Shown here piece by piece: positions 50,704-60,839 of a stretch of DNA of 64,000 bases. The notes beneath the pieces were generated by a model. The model was not told the origin of the DNA, did not search any database, and worked only from the letters and a program-made list of their open reading frames with translations. The position numbers and the translations under genes were made by a program. Positions within the stretch are counted from its first letter, which is position 1. Each line of letters opens with the position of its first letter. The DNA lies in NCBI GenBank assembly GCA_965214405.1, contig OZ243956.1, positions 4,032,001 to 4,096,000 on the forward strand, written 5' to 3'. The stretch comes from Trueperaceae bacterium. Lineage in GTDB: Bacteria > Deinococcota > Deinococci > Deinococcales > Trueperaceae.

Positions 50704-50777
50704 ACTATTTTGCTATTCGTCGTTCATAGAACCCCCCTTGACGAGAGGCTAAAAACGAACAACTCGAGTCTTCAACC

Positions 50778-52028
50778 CTAGCGGAGTTCCCAACTTTCCT
50801 GAACCAGTTCGGCCGCCGTTTGCGGGTCTATTTCGCCCGTGGCGAGTTGGACGGACACGTCGTTAACAACGCCGCCCACGTCAGCGCCGAGCGACTGGTC
50901 TAAGAAAATCTGGTGCCACTGGGACTCACCGAGGTTGCGCGAAATCTGCGCGAAAAAGGGATTGTTGATGCCCGCGTCAGAACCTTTCGTCATCGGGATA
51001 AAAATGTTGAGTTCGCCCGCTTCGGTTTGGTTGGTGACGTTCATGAAGTATTCGAGAAACTGAACGGCTTCGTCGGGCGCATCTTCCGACACCACAAAGC
51101 CGTTGATGCCGCCGAAGGTGTCGGTGGCTCTGCCTGCGCCGCCCTCGACGACCGGAAAGCTAAAAATCCCGAGCTGGTCGTCGCTCAGCCCGCCGCTTTG
51201 GGCGTTGCCTCTTTGCGTGCCGTAGTCCCAGTTGCCCATGAGGTGAAAAACCGCGCCGCCGTCACCAAAAAAGCCCGAGGCGTCGCCGTACTGCATCGTC
51301 ATAAAGCCTTCCTGAAAGGGCTCTAAGTCGATAAGCGCCTTGAAATCTTCTCCTGCTTTTACGAAAGGTTCGGCAGCGAAGCCGTCCCCTTCTCCAGCCT
51401 GGGCCGCCCTGAAGCCTTCAACGCCCGCTTCGCGCATGGCTAAGTAAGACCAGTAAAAGTGTAAGGGCCACTTGTCCGAACCGCCGACGGCGATGGGTGT
51501 GAGTCCTGCGTCTTTGGCGCTCTGGACAGCTCCCAAAAAGTCGTCCCAGGTTTGGATGGCTCCAACGTCGATACCCGCCTCTGCCGCAAGCGCTTTGTTG
51601 TACCAAAAGCTCACTTCCTGAACCTGTTGGGGCAAGCCGACCACCGCCCCGTCAACCGTAAAAGCGTCCATACCCGCAGGCGACATCATGCTCAGGGTTT
51701 CCTCGTCGAGAAGCCCGGAAATGTCTCTGGTGGTGCCCGACGCAACCTGCTCTTCCAAAATACCGCCGCCCCAACTGTAAAAGAGGTCGGGCGCTTCGTT
51801 CGTTTGCAGGAGGGTCGGCAGCTTTTGCTTGAAATCCTCACCGCCCAATCTTTCAAACTGCACGAGGATATCGGGATGCTCTTCGCTAAATCTGGCAGCC
51901 ACGGCGTCCTCGTACTCAGGGCGACCGTCTTCACCCGTGAGCGACAGCACCTTGACCACGGTTTGGGCTTGCGCGGTTGCCAGTAGCAGAACGAGACCAA
52001 CGGCAAGAACCTTCAAAAGCAGCTTCAT
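50778..52028 (-). CDS. Sugar ABC substrate-binding protein
   Basis: Signal peptide; PDLFYSWGGG, FWYNK, GLTPIAVGG.DKWP and LMGNW motifs. Confidence 0.92.
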   Translation of the reverse strand: MKLLLKVLAVGLVLLLATAQAQTVVKVLSLTGEDGRPEYEDAVAARFSEEHPDILVQFERLGGEDFKQKLPTLLQTNEAPDLFYSWGGGILEEQVASGTTRDISGLLDEETLSMMSPAGMDAFTVDGAVVGLPQQVQEVSFWYNKALAAEAGIDVGAIQTWDDFLGAVQSAKDAGLTPIAVGGSDKWPLHFYWSYLAMREAGVEGFRAAQAGEGDGFAAEPFVKAGEDFKALIDLEPFQEGFMTMQYGDASGFFGDGGAVFHLMGNWDYGTQRGNAQSGGLSDDQLGIFSFPVVEGGAGRATDTFGGINGFVVSEDAPDEAVQFLEYFMNVTNQTEAGELNIFIPMTKGSDAGINNPFFAQISRNLGESQWHQIFLDQSLGADVGGVVNDVSVQLATGEIDPQTAAELVQESWELR

Positions 52029-52211
52029 ACACGTCTCCTTTTACATTTTAGATTACACTGTCCGGTTGGATTTTGCGCCTTAGGCGCGAGCGGACAAAGG
52101 GATGTTAGTAGCGGACTCTCGAGCATGACAAGCTTAACGCCCCTCCTCCCAAAACCTGGCCCTGAGGTGAAGTTTGCGGTTACGTTACCACAGCTTTCCC
52201 TACCTGACGCT

Positions 52212-52979
52212 TCATGAACCAGCCCCCAAGGACTCCGCGCGAATGTTCCGACCACCTTTTACAAAAGGCACGGCCAGCGTGGTCGCACCCTTACTTTTAT
52301 CATTACTGCCCATCGGCTCGGCTGAATATTGCGCCAGGTAGCTGCGCCGCATCTTGGAAGTGATGTTCTGACCGCTGCGGTGAAAGGTCAGGCTCGAGAA
52401 CAGCGCGATACTCCCCGCAGGCACGATGACGGGTTCGCCGGGGTCGTCGCCGTGGTAGCCGATTTTGTCGTTCGTTCCCTCTTCAACGGCGTGCTCGACC
52501 AAGTCGCGGGTGCCCGCGCGGCTGTAAGGCAACACGTAAATCGTGCCGTTCTCTTCGGTCATATCGTCCAGCGCGCACCAGCAAGACAGGTAGGGTTTGT
52601 GCTCAAACCCCACAAAGCCCGAATCCTGATGCCAAGAAAACTTCATGCCCTTTTCGGCGGCTTTAATCACATACTGCTCGTAAAAAAGGTAAACGTCCTC
52701 ACCCAAAAGGGCGCGCGTAATGTCCCCCATAAAGTCGCTGAACAAAAAGGTTTGCAACGCCCCACTGTTCGGGTGCTTGTTGGAAATAAAGTAGCGCTTG
52801 TCGCGGTGGCTGATGCCCAACGTGTCACTGCCTTGCGCGTCCATTTCGGCGTGCATGAGGTCGATGTGGTGTTGCGCTTCGGCGCGCAGGGCCTCGAGAT
52901 ATTCGTCCGGAATAACGCGTTCTAAAACCGTGTAGCCTTCCTCGTGATACTGCTCGACCTGCTCGGGTGAGATATTCAT
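52212..52979 (-). CDS. PhyH family Fe(II)/2OG dioxygenase
   Basis: YHEEGY, WHQDSG, WCALDD..EENG and FHRSG motifs. Confidence 0.92.
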   Translation of the reverse strand: MNISPEQVEQYHEEGYTVLERVIPDEYLEALRAEAQHHIDLMHAEMDAQGSDTLGISHRDKRYFISNKHPNSGALQTFLFSDFMGDITRALLGEDVYLFYEQYVIKAAEKGMKFSWHQDSGFVGFEHKPYLSCWCALDDMTEENGTIYVLPYSRAGTRDLVEHAVEEGTNDKIGYHGDDPGEPVIVPAGSIALFSSLTFHRSGQNITSKMRRSYLAQYSAEPMGSNDKSKGATTLAVPFVKGGRNIRAESLGAGS

Positions 52980-53078
52980 ACTCGAACCTCCGTGAATTTG
53001 GGTTACCCTTCTATGCTACGGTTTGTCCTGAAAAGATGCCTCCAACATATCACCAAAATTTAGTACAATCTCACCTTA

Positions 53079-53957
53079 ATGAAAATCTTTAGCTTTGCCG
53101 ACTTTGTCGACGCCGGTCACCGAGACGCGTTTCCCTTCTTCATCCAGCGCGCGACCGTCGAGGCGGGCACGTTCGAGATGCACGGCCACCACTTTTCGGA
53201 ACTGGTGGTCGTCTTGAGCGGTTCGGGGCAGCACGTGACCGAAGCCGAACGCTACCCGATTTGTCGGGGTGATGTTTTTGTGCTGAACGGCCGAACGGTT
53301 CACGGTTTCGAAGACTCGAGCCGCCTCAAACTCTGCAACGTCATGTTTGAACCCGACCAGCTCATCCGGCCTCATCAGAACCTTTACGCCGTTCCCGGTT
53401 ACCAGGCCCTGTTCGTGTTGGAGCCCTTGTACAGAAAACAGAGTGGTTTCAAAGGCAAATTGCAACTGAATGAACCTGACCTGAACACAGTTGTTTCTCT
53501 CTTGGGCGCCCTCGAGCGTGAACAGGACATGCGTTTGCAAGGATATCAAAGTCTTTTGGCCGCTTACTTTATGCAGCTTGTCGTGCTGCTCTCGCGCTAC
53601 TACTCCGCTTCGCCCGAAAGGCCGACCCAGGCTATTTTGCGCTTGGCCGACGCCCTGAGTTACTTAGAGGAGAATTATCACCGCCCGCTCGAGCTTGCCG
53701 AGCTAGCCGCTAGAGCCAACTTATCCAAAAATCAATTTTTGCGAACCTTCAAAAAAGCGTTCGGCACGACGCCTATCACCTATCTCGCCAACCGCAGGAT
53801 TCAAAGAGCGCAGGGGTTGCTTAGAGACACCTCTCTTCCTATTAGCCAAATCGCTTTTGACACGGGCTTTTCTGACAGCAACTACTTTTCGCGTCGCTTT
53901 CGGCAGGTTGTGGGACAGAGCCCGAGGGCGTACCGAAACCAGCTCGAGCACCGGTAA
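53079..53957 (+). CDS. AraC family regulator (RhaR/RhaS-like)
   Basis: HGHHFSELVVVLSGSG.H cupin; GFSDSNYFSRRF HTH. Confidence 0.9.
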   Translation: MKIFSFADFVDAGHRDAFPFFIQRATVEAGTFEMHGHHFSELVVVLSGSGQHVTEAERYPICRGDVFVLNGRTVHGFEDSSRLKLCNVMFEPDQLIRPHQNLYAVPGYQALFVLEPLYRKQSGFKGKLQLNEPDLNTVVSLLGALEREQDMRLQGYQSLLAAYFMQLVVLLSRYYSASPERPTQAILRLADALSYLEENYHRPLELAELAARANLSKNQFLRTFKKAFGTTPITYLANRRIQRAQGLLRDTSLPISQIAFDTGFSDSNYFSRRFRQVVGQSPRAYRNQLEHR

Positions 53958-54021
53958 TGTTATGCTGCCCGCGCGTAGCCGGATAAGCGGGGGCAAGACA
54001 ATCAGAAGGAGTAAGCCGACC

Positions 54022-55059
54022 ATGCGTCAACTTGAAAACATCAACATCTTGAATTCTGAAGTGTTGCCATCACCCGAACACATCAAGCGCGACATCCCCA
54101 TCACCGAAAAGGCAAAGGAAACGGTGCTTAACGCCCGCGATGTCATCAACGACATCCTGCATAAACGAGACGACCGGATGCTGGTTATCGTCGGCCCCTG
54201 TTCGGTACACGACGATGAACTCGCTTACGACTACGCAAAAAAACTTGTCTCTCTAAAAGACGCATTAGGCGACAAGCTGGTTATTGTCATGCGCGTTTAC
54301 GTAGATAAACCCAGAACTACCGTGGGTTGGCGCGGCTTTATGTATGACCCCGGCATGGACTTTTCGTTCGACTTTTTAGACGGCCTGAAGCGAACCCGCC
54401 AGCTTATGTTAAACATAAGCGAACTGGGTATTCCGGTAGCCACCGAGATTTTAGAGCCGCTGGTGCCAAAATACTACGCGGACTTGCTCGCCTGGGTCGC
54501 TATCGGCGCGCGCACCACAGAATCGCAGGTGCATAGGGCGATGGCGAGTGGGATTTCTGCTGCTGTCGGGTTTAAAAACAGTACGAGCGGTAACATCAAA
54601 GTCGCGGTCGATTCGGTTATTTCTGCGCTCGAGCCCAAAGCGCTGCTGACGATAAGCGAGCAGGGGAACATCTCGCTCACAAATACGAGCGGAAATGTAA
54701 ACGGCCATATTATCCTGCGGGGTGGGCATTCCGGCCCAAACTTTTCAGCGCCCTATATCAAAGAAGCCAGCGAGTTGCTGGCAAAGGCGGGTACGGCTAC
54801 GGGCATGATTATTGACTGTAGCCACCACAACTCAGGGTATGACCACAAAAAACAGGCTCTCGTCGTGAGAGACGCGCTTCAGCAAAGAGCGCGGGGCGAC
54901 AGCAACATCGTGGGCCTGATGATTGAAGGTAACCTGCGCGAAGGCAAGCAAACTATCCCTCAAAACCTCAGTGATTTGCAGCACGGCGTGTCGGTCACAG
55001 ACGCGTGTATCGGCTGGGAAGAAACGGAAACCCTGTTGGGGGAAATAGCTAAAGGTTAG
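54022..55059 (+). CDS. aroF: 3-deoxy-7-phosphoheptulonate (DAHP) synthase, class I-alpha
   Basis: GPCSVHD, MRVY.DKPRTTVGW, IGARTTESQ.HR, GFKN, DCSH and SVTDACIGW motifs. Confidence 0.92.
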   Translation: MRQLENINILNSEVLPSPEHIKRDIPITEKAKETVLNARDVINDILHKRDDRMLVIVGPCSVHDDELAYDYAKKLVSLKDALGDKLVIVMRVYVDKPRTTVGWRGFMYDPGMDFSFDFLDGLKRTRQLMLNISELGIPVATEILEPLVPKYYADLLAWVAIGARTTESQVHRAMASGISAAVGFKNSTSGNIKVAVDSVISALEPKALLTISEQGNISLTNTSGNVNGHIILRGGHSGPNFSAPYIKEASELLAKAGTATGMIIDCSHHNSGYDHKKQALVVRDALQQRARGDSNIVGLMIEGNLREGKQTIPQNLSDLQHGVSVTDACIGWEETETLLGEIAKG

Positions 55060-55739
55060 ACAGCCTCCGACCACGCATGATGGACTCTCGCTGCGCTGGC
55101 CTGAACGTGTTCGCGCATGGCCTGCGCTGCGGCTTCCCCGTCAGCCTGTTCAACCGCCTCGGTGATGCGCTCGTGAAAATGGACGGCGTGCTCGAACTGT
55201 TCGGGGGAGGTGTGGTTGCCTTTTTCCCAGGCCATCGCCAGCCGGGTTTGCCAGCGTAACGTCTCGACGGTCGCCAGCAGCGGCGCACACTTGGCGGCCA
55301 AAGCGACGCGCCAGTGAAATTCCGCGTCGACATCCAAAAAATGATACGTGTCGCCATCTTCTAGGCAAAGCTGCATCATTCTCACCAGCCGGGTCAGGTC
55401 TTTAACGTCTTCCTGCGTGCGGCGTTCTGCCGCCAGGCGTGCTGAGAACGCCTCGGTGTGAATTCTGAACAGGTAAAAGTCGTCAATTTCTTTTTGAGAC
55501 CAGTGGGCGACGAAGGTGCCGCGGTTGGGCAGCTTGACGACGACCCCTTTTCTTTCGAGTTCTTGCAGGGCTTCTCGAACGGGGCCGCGACTGACCCCGT
55601 ACCGGGTTGCCAGTTCAGATTCCTTGAGGTGTTGACCGGGTTTGAGTTCGGCTTGCATGATGGCCCTCTCGAGCGCCGCCAACACACCCGTATACAAACC
55701 CACCTGTTTCTCTGGCAAAACCTGGTTGAGACCGTTCAT
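55056..55739 (-). CDS. GntR/FadR (FCD) family regulator
   Basis: LKESELATRYGVSRGPVREAL wHTH; D.EFH and H..I..A FCD motifs. Confidence 0.92.
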   Translation of the reverse strand: MNGLNQVLPEKQVGLYTGVLAALERAIMQAELKPGQHLKESELATRYGVSRGPVREALQELERKGVVVKLPNRGTFVAHWSQKEIDDFYLFRIHTEAFSARLAAERRTQEDVKDLTRLVRMMQLCLEDGDTYHFLDVDAEFHWRVALAAKCAPLLATVETLRWQTRLAMAWEKGNHTSPEQFEHAVHFHERITEAVEQADGEAAAQAMREHVQASAARVHHAWSEAV

Positions 55740-56005
55740 ACAGTTTCCTGAAGGTTTGCTCGCCTAGTCGTCACGTCAAGCCTTTCTATAGTTCGGGTTA
55801 AGTGAGAACTTTAGGTTTAGCTCTAAACACGTGGTATGCCTGAACAAGTAAACTCCCGGCTGTAGAATTTTCGTCACCTACACTCATTTTGAGACCAACC
55901 GAAACGTCAGCGCTGGTCGCTTACCAGGTGATAAAAGACAGGTGATAAAAGACAGCCATAACATGACTGACGGTCATCTATGGTGACCGCGAGAATAACT
56001 AAAAA

Positions 56006-56053
56006 TTGTTAACAAGTCAACTGGTTGACAAATCCTCGGTTGCGTGTTACTTT
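56006..56053 (+). promoter_or_regulatory. Promoter with overlapping palindromic operators (putative GntR sites)
   Basis: TTGTTAACAA (56006-15) and GTCAACtgGTTGAC (56016-29) overlap TTGACA (56025), followed by 17 nt and TGnTACTTT (-10 at 56048). Confidence 0.65.
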
Positions 56054-56311
56054 TCTTTCAGCACTAAAACTGACGAGAGTTGCTAGGTTACTCAAACGCC
56101 TAGCTGGACAAATTACCGGCTAAGGGTTGTTTAAAATATTGACCAAATGGAAGGTGGCTATGGTGTAGTGGTTTTTATAAACCACAGGTGAGACAGAAAC
56201 CGGCACATACTTTCAAGCTGATTTTGGGGGTCAGGACGAAACACTCCACACTTTGTGCGACACTTTTGTTCGACCCCATAAAATATTGACTATCAAGTCA
56301 CGGAGGTAAAG

Positions 56312-58291
56312 ATGAACATGCGGTCACTCAGGTTTGGGTTCAATAACAGACGGGCAAGGAAGGGGGCGGCTTCACTGGTGGTTGCTCTCTTCTTCACGCT
56401 CTTCTTTATGGTGATGACGACTTTAAGCGCGAGCGCTCAGGAAGCCTATACGGAAGCGCCGGAGTTGGCGGCCCAGGTCGCCGCGGGCGAGCTGCCCCCC
56501 GTCGCAGAACGCCTGCCCGCCACCCCGATGGTGGTCGAGCCCAATGAAGAAATCGGCGTGTACGGCGGCGAGTGGCGCAACGCCATTCTCGCGGGCGACA
56601 ACCACCAGTGGGTTTACCGCAACGCGGGCTACGAGCACCTGGTAAGAGTCAATGTCGACTTTACCGAAGTCATCCCCAACATCGCCGAGTCGTTTGAAGC
56701 CAACGACGACGCCACCGAATTTACCTTCAAGCTGCGCGACGGCATGAAGTGGTCGGACGGTGAGCCCTTTACCTCCGCTGACATCATGTTCTGGTATGAC
56801 GATGTACTCATGAACGAAGAACTCACCCTGTCGTTCCCCTCATGGCTGATGGCCGGGGGCGAACCCGTGGTGGTCGAAGCGCCCGACGCTACCACCGTGA
56901 TTTTCCGTTTTGCCTCGCCGAACGGTCTCTTTTTGGACAACTTAGCGGGGCAGGCGGGGTTGACGCCGACGATGTTGCCGAGGCACTACCTCGAGCAGTT
57001 CCATAAAACATACAACCCGGACGGCGTCGACGCGCTGGTGCGCGCGTCCGGGGCTGCCGACTGGCCGACCTTTTTCGAGGTGCAGGCCGGACTCGGAGGT
57101 AGCTCGGGCAACACGCTCTTTACCAACGCGGAACGCCCGGTGCTGTTCGCCTGGAGGCCCGTCAACAGTCTCGGTCAGGGCGAACGCTTCGTGATGGAGC
57201 GCAACCCCTACTACTGGAAAATCGACCCCGAGGGCCAGCAGCTTCCCTACATCGACAGCATCGTTTACGACGTGGTCGGTGACGCCGAAGTGCTGCTGCT
57301 CAAAACCTTGAACGGCGAAATCGACCTCATGAGCCGTTCCATCAACGAACTGTCCAATAAACCCGTCTTGTTCGACAACGTGGAGCGGGGCAACTACGAC
57401 TTCTTTACGCTAGGCGAAACGGGTCAGAACTACTTCGTGCTGTCGCTCAACCTGACCCACCAAGACCCCATCAAGCGTGAAGTTTTCCAGAACAAGGATT
57501 TCCGCATCGGACTCTCGCACGCCATCAACCGGCAGGAGATCATCGACCTGGTGTATCTGGGTCAGGGGGAACCCGCTCAGGTCGCGCCGCGACCCACGGG
57601 GCCTTACTACAACGAGCAACTGTCCAAACAGTACACCGAGTACGACCCCGACCTCGCCAACGAATTCCTCGACAAGGCGGGCTACAGCGAGCGCGACGCG
57701 CAGGGCTTCCGGCTCGGACCCGACGGCGAGCGGATTTCCATCATCGTCGAAGCCTATTCGTTTATGGGGCCGTGGGCGGACGCGCTCGAGCTTATCAAAC
57801 AATACTGGGCCGCCGTGGGCGTCGATATGCAGTACCGCACGGTCGACGCCGGGTTGTTCGACGAGCGCGTGCAGTCAAACGAGCACGACGCCAACCTGTG
57901 GTGGAGCGGCGCAGGTCTAAAAGACATCTTGCTGGAAAACTTTAACCACATCCCCAGTTCCTGGGCCTCTACTTACGCCGTTGAGTGGGGGACGTGGCAC
58001 CAGAACCACGCCGAAGGGGAAGAACCCCCCGAAGCCGTTAAAGCGCAAATGGACATGCTCGACCAGCTCCAGATCACCGCCGACGCTGCCGAGCAGGAAA
58101 CGCTCATGAAAGCGATTTTAGAGGTTTCCGCCGAGGAGTTTTACAACATGGGCGTCAGCCTCTCGGCGGACGAGTACGGTATCGTCTCCAACCGGATGCA
58201 CAACGTGCCCGACTACATCGTGGGCGTGCCCGCCATCGGGCCGGGGCAGGCCAACTCCGAACAGTTTTTCTTCGATTCCGAGTCGCAGTAG
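56312..58291 (+). CDS. Family 5 ABC substrate-binding protein
   Basis: EAPEL...GELPPVAERLP, GVYGG, LRDGMKWSDGEPFT and ERNPYYWK...QLPYID motifs. Confidence 0.92.
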   Translation: MNMRSLRFGFNNRRARKGAASLVVALFFTLFFMVMTTLSASAQEAYTEAPELAAQVAAGELPPVAERLPATPMVVEPNEEIGVYGGEWRNAILAGDNHQWVYRNAGYEHLVRVNVDFTEVIPNIAESFEANDDATEFTFKLRDGMKWSDGEPFTSADIMFWYDDVLMNEELTLSFPSWLMAGGEPVVVEAPDATTVIFRFASPNGLFLDNLAGQAGLTPTMLPRHYLEQFHKTYNPDGVDALVRASGAADWPTFFEVQAGLGGSSGNTLFTNAERPVLFAWRPVNSLGQGERFVMERNPYYWKIDPEGQQLPYIDSIVYDVVGDAEVLLLKTLNGEIDLMSRSINELSNKPVLFDNVERGNYDFFTLGETGQNYFVLSLNLTHQDPIKREVFQNKDFRIGLSHAINRQEIIDLVYLGQGEPAQVAPRPTGPYYNEQLSKQYTEYDPDLANEFLDKAGYSERDAQGFRLGPDGERISIIVEAYSFMGPWADALELIKQYWAAVGVDMQYRTVDAGLFDERVQSNEHDANLWWSGAGLKDILLENFNHIPSSWASTYAVEWGTWHQNHAEGEEPPEAVKAQMDMLDQLQITADAAEQETLMKAILEVSAEEFYNMGVSLSADEYGIVSNRMHNVPDYIVGVPAIGPGQANSEQFFFDSESQ

Positions 58292-58377
58292 GTACAAGCG
58301 ATAACAAGGCTAAGGTGTAAGTATCCCGACCCGTCTCGCGCAGCCAAGTGCTGCGCGAGACGCGCCAAACGGAGTAG

Positions 58378-59370
58378 ATGATGCTCGAGTACATCGCCAA
58401 ACGCTTGCTCTACATGATTCCTACGCTGTTCGCTATTTCGCTCTTGTCGTTCCTGATTATTCAACTGCCGCCGGGGGACTATTTCAGTATCCTGGCCTCG
58501 CGCATGGCGGAGGAGTCGGACTCGGTGGCGAGTCAGGAGGCGCTGCGGAGTTTGGGCGAGCGTTACGGGCTCAATCAGCCCTTTTATGTTCAATACTGGA
58601 AGTGGATTTCCGGCATCCTCTTTCGCGGCGATTTCGGGCAGTCGTTCGAATTCAATCGTCCTGTCGGCACCTTGCTCTGGGAACGATTGGGGCTCACTTT
58701 CGCACTGTCGTTGACTACCCTGATTTTTGTTTGGGCGGTTTCGTTTCCCATCGGTATTTACTCGGCGATTAGAAAATATTCGGTGGGCGATTATGTTGCG
58801 ACCTTCGTCGGCTTTATCGGTCTGGCGATTCCCAACTTTTTGATGGCGCTGGTGCTCCTGTATGTTTCTTTCAAATACTTCGGGCGCAGCGTGGGCGGTC
58901 TCTTTTCGCCGGAATATATCAACGCCGCCTGGAGCTGGGGCAAGGTCGGCGACCTGTTCGCCCACCTGTGGATTCCCGTTATCGTGCTGGGCACGTCGGG
59001 TACGGCGGGGCTGATTCGCATCATGCGCGCCAACATGCTCGACGAAATCTACCGCCCTTATGTGGTGACGGCTCGAGCCAAGGGCCTGTCTGAAGTCCGG
59101 CTGCTGTTCAAGTACCCCGTGCGCGTCGCGCTCAATCCGTTTGTCAGCACCATCGGCTGGGTCTTACCCGAACTGGTCTCGGGCGCGACCATTACCGCCA
59201 TCGTTTTGTCCCTGCCCACGACCGGCCCCTTGCTCCTAAGGTCGCTCATCAGCCAAGACATGTACCTGGCAGGCTCGTTTATTTTGATGCTCAGCGTGCT
59301 GACCGTGATAGGTACGCTTATTTCGGACATTTTACTCGCCTGGCTCGACCCGCGCATTCGGTACAGGTGA
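58378..59370 (+). CDS. ABC permease (OppB/DppB-like)
   Basis: QLPPGD, GDFGQSF, TARAKGL and LDPRIR motifs. Confidence 0.92.
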   Translation: MMLEYIAKRLLYMIPTLFAISLLSFLIIQLPPGDYFSILASRMAEESDSVASQEALRSLGERYGLNQPFYVQYWKWISGILFRGDFGQSFEFNRPVGTLLWERLGLTFALSLTTLIFVWAVSFPIGIYSAIRKYSVGDYVATFVGFIGLAIPNFLMALVLLYVSFKYFGRSVGGLFSPEYINAAWSWGKVGDLFAHLWIPVIVLGTSGTAGLIRIMRANMLDEIYRPYVVTARAKGLSEVRLLFKYPVRVALNPFVSTIGWVLPELVSGATITAIVLSLPTTGPLLLRSLISQDMYLAGSFILMLSVLTVIGTLISDILLAWLDPRIRYR

Positions 59371-59439
59371 GGCGGTTGAAGGTGGAGACGCTTCAGTTGC
59401 CAAGGTTCGACCTAATGTCGCTCGAGCAAGAGGGTTGCT

Positions 59440-60714
59440 ATGGATGACTTGAAAAAGAACAGCACACGCGCCTCTGGGTTGGAAGCTAAAGGAATTCCCC
59501 AAGCGGCCTCCGTCTCTCCCGAAGCGTCTTTGGGTACACAACTGGGTACACAACCGGCGGGTACAAGGCGGCCTGCGCCGGGACAATCCGCCGCCCTGCT
59601 CGCTACGGCTGCGCCCCTGCCCGACAGCGATAGCCGGGCGGAGGTTGCCAGTCAGTGGCAGCTCATCTGGTGGAAGTTCCGCAAGCACAAACTGGCGCTG
59701 GCGGGCGGTGTAATTACGCTGCTCATCTATCTGGTCGCTATCTTTGTAGAGTTTTTAGCGCCTTTTTCGGCGGGGGCCTACAGCGCCGTCTACACCTACG
59801 CGCCCCCTCAGCCGGTTCACGTTGGGCGCGTAGAGGGGGGCGGCTTAGGGCTGTACGTCAACGGCTACACCGTCGAAAGGGACCCTGTATCCTTAAAAAG
59901 TAGCTTTGTCGTGGACCCCTCGGTGCGCCATCCCGTGAGGCTGTTTGTCAAAGGCGAAGCCTATAAGATGTGGGGGCTCATCCCGATGAACCGCCACCTC
60001 ATCGGCCCCGTAAACGCGGGCGACCCCATGTACCTGCTGGGGGCGGACCGTCTGGGCAGAGACGTGCTGAGCCGCACGATTTACGGCACGCGAATCTCTA
60101 TGTCAATAGGATTGATAGGCGTCGCCGTCAGCTTGTTTTTGGGCATCCTGTTGGGGGGCATCTCGGGCTACTACGGCGGCTGGATCGACAATCTTATCCA
60201 GCGCGTGATTGAGTTCTTGAGTTCGATTCCCAAAATTCCGCTGTGGATGGGGCTCGCCGCCGCCATCCCGCTCAGTCTGCCGCCGTTGCGGGTTTACTTT
60301 TTGATTACGGTCATCTTGTCGCTCATCGGTTGGACGGGGCTGGCAAGGGTGGTCAGGGGACGCTTTTTCTCCTTACGTACCGAAGACTTCGTCACCGCCG
60401 CGCGGCTCGACGGCAACAGCGAGTTGCGTATCATTCTGAAACATATGGTGCCCTCATTCATGAGCCACATCATCGCCTCGGTGTCGCTCGCTGTCCCCGC
60501 CATGATTCTCGCCGAGACCTCGCTTAGTTTTCTGGGTATCGGCTTACGCCCGCCCGTGGTGAGCTGGGGCGTGCTCTTAGAAGAGTCTCAAAACGTCCGC
60601 TCGATAGCCACCGCCCCCTGGCTGTTCTGGCCCGGCGTCGCCGTGGTCGTGGCTGTGTTGGCCTTGAACTTTTTGGGGGACGGTTTGAGAGATGCGGCGG
60701 ACCCTTATGCTTGA
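59440..60714 (+). CDS. ABC permease (OppC/DppC-like)
   Basis: LGADRLGRD, ETSLSFLG and GDGLRDAADP motifs. Confidence 0.92.
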   Translation: MDDLKKNSTRASGLEAKGIPQAASVSPEASLGTQLGTQPAGTRRPAPGQSAALLATAAPLPDSDSRAEVASQWQLIWWKFRKHKLALAGGVITLLIYLVAIFVEFLAPFSAGAYSAVYTYAPPQPVHVGRVEGGGLGLYVNGYTVERDPVSLKSSFVVDPSVRHPVRLFVKGEAYKMWGLIPMNRHLIGPVNAGDPMYLLGADRLGRDVLSRTIYGTRISMSIGLIGVAVSLFLGILLGGISGYYGGWIDNLIQRVIEFLSSIPKIPLWMGLAAAIPLSLPPLRVYFLITVILSLIGWTGLARVVRGRFFSLRTEDFVTAARLDGNSELRIILKHMVPSFMSHIIASVSLAVPAMILAETSLSFLGIGLRPPVVSWGVLLEESQNVRSIATAPWLFWPGVAVVVAVLALNFLGDGLRDAADPYA

Positions 60715-60730
60715 GGGGCGGTTTGAAATA

Positions 60731-60754
60731 AACAAGGGGTTGCAACCCCTTGTT
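60731..60754. repeat. Perfect 24-bp palindrome (REP-like)
   Basis: AACAAGGGGTTGCAACCCCTTGTT, intergenic within the ABC operon. Confidence 0.7.
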
Positions 60755-60839
60755 ACTACCCTTGTTGCTGAACGTGCGCTGAGGGTGCGATGCGCTCGAG
60801 CCCCCACTCCCACCCACACCCCCTCTCGCGGAGCAACCT

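Noticed and set aside
56070..56100. Hammerhead-ribozyme-like CTGACGA-GAGT...ACTC-AAAC
   Set aside because: The invariant G of GAAA is missing, no convincing stems I/III were found, and an alternative GCTAGG/CCTAGC hairpin explains the region.
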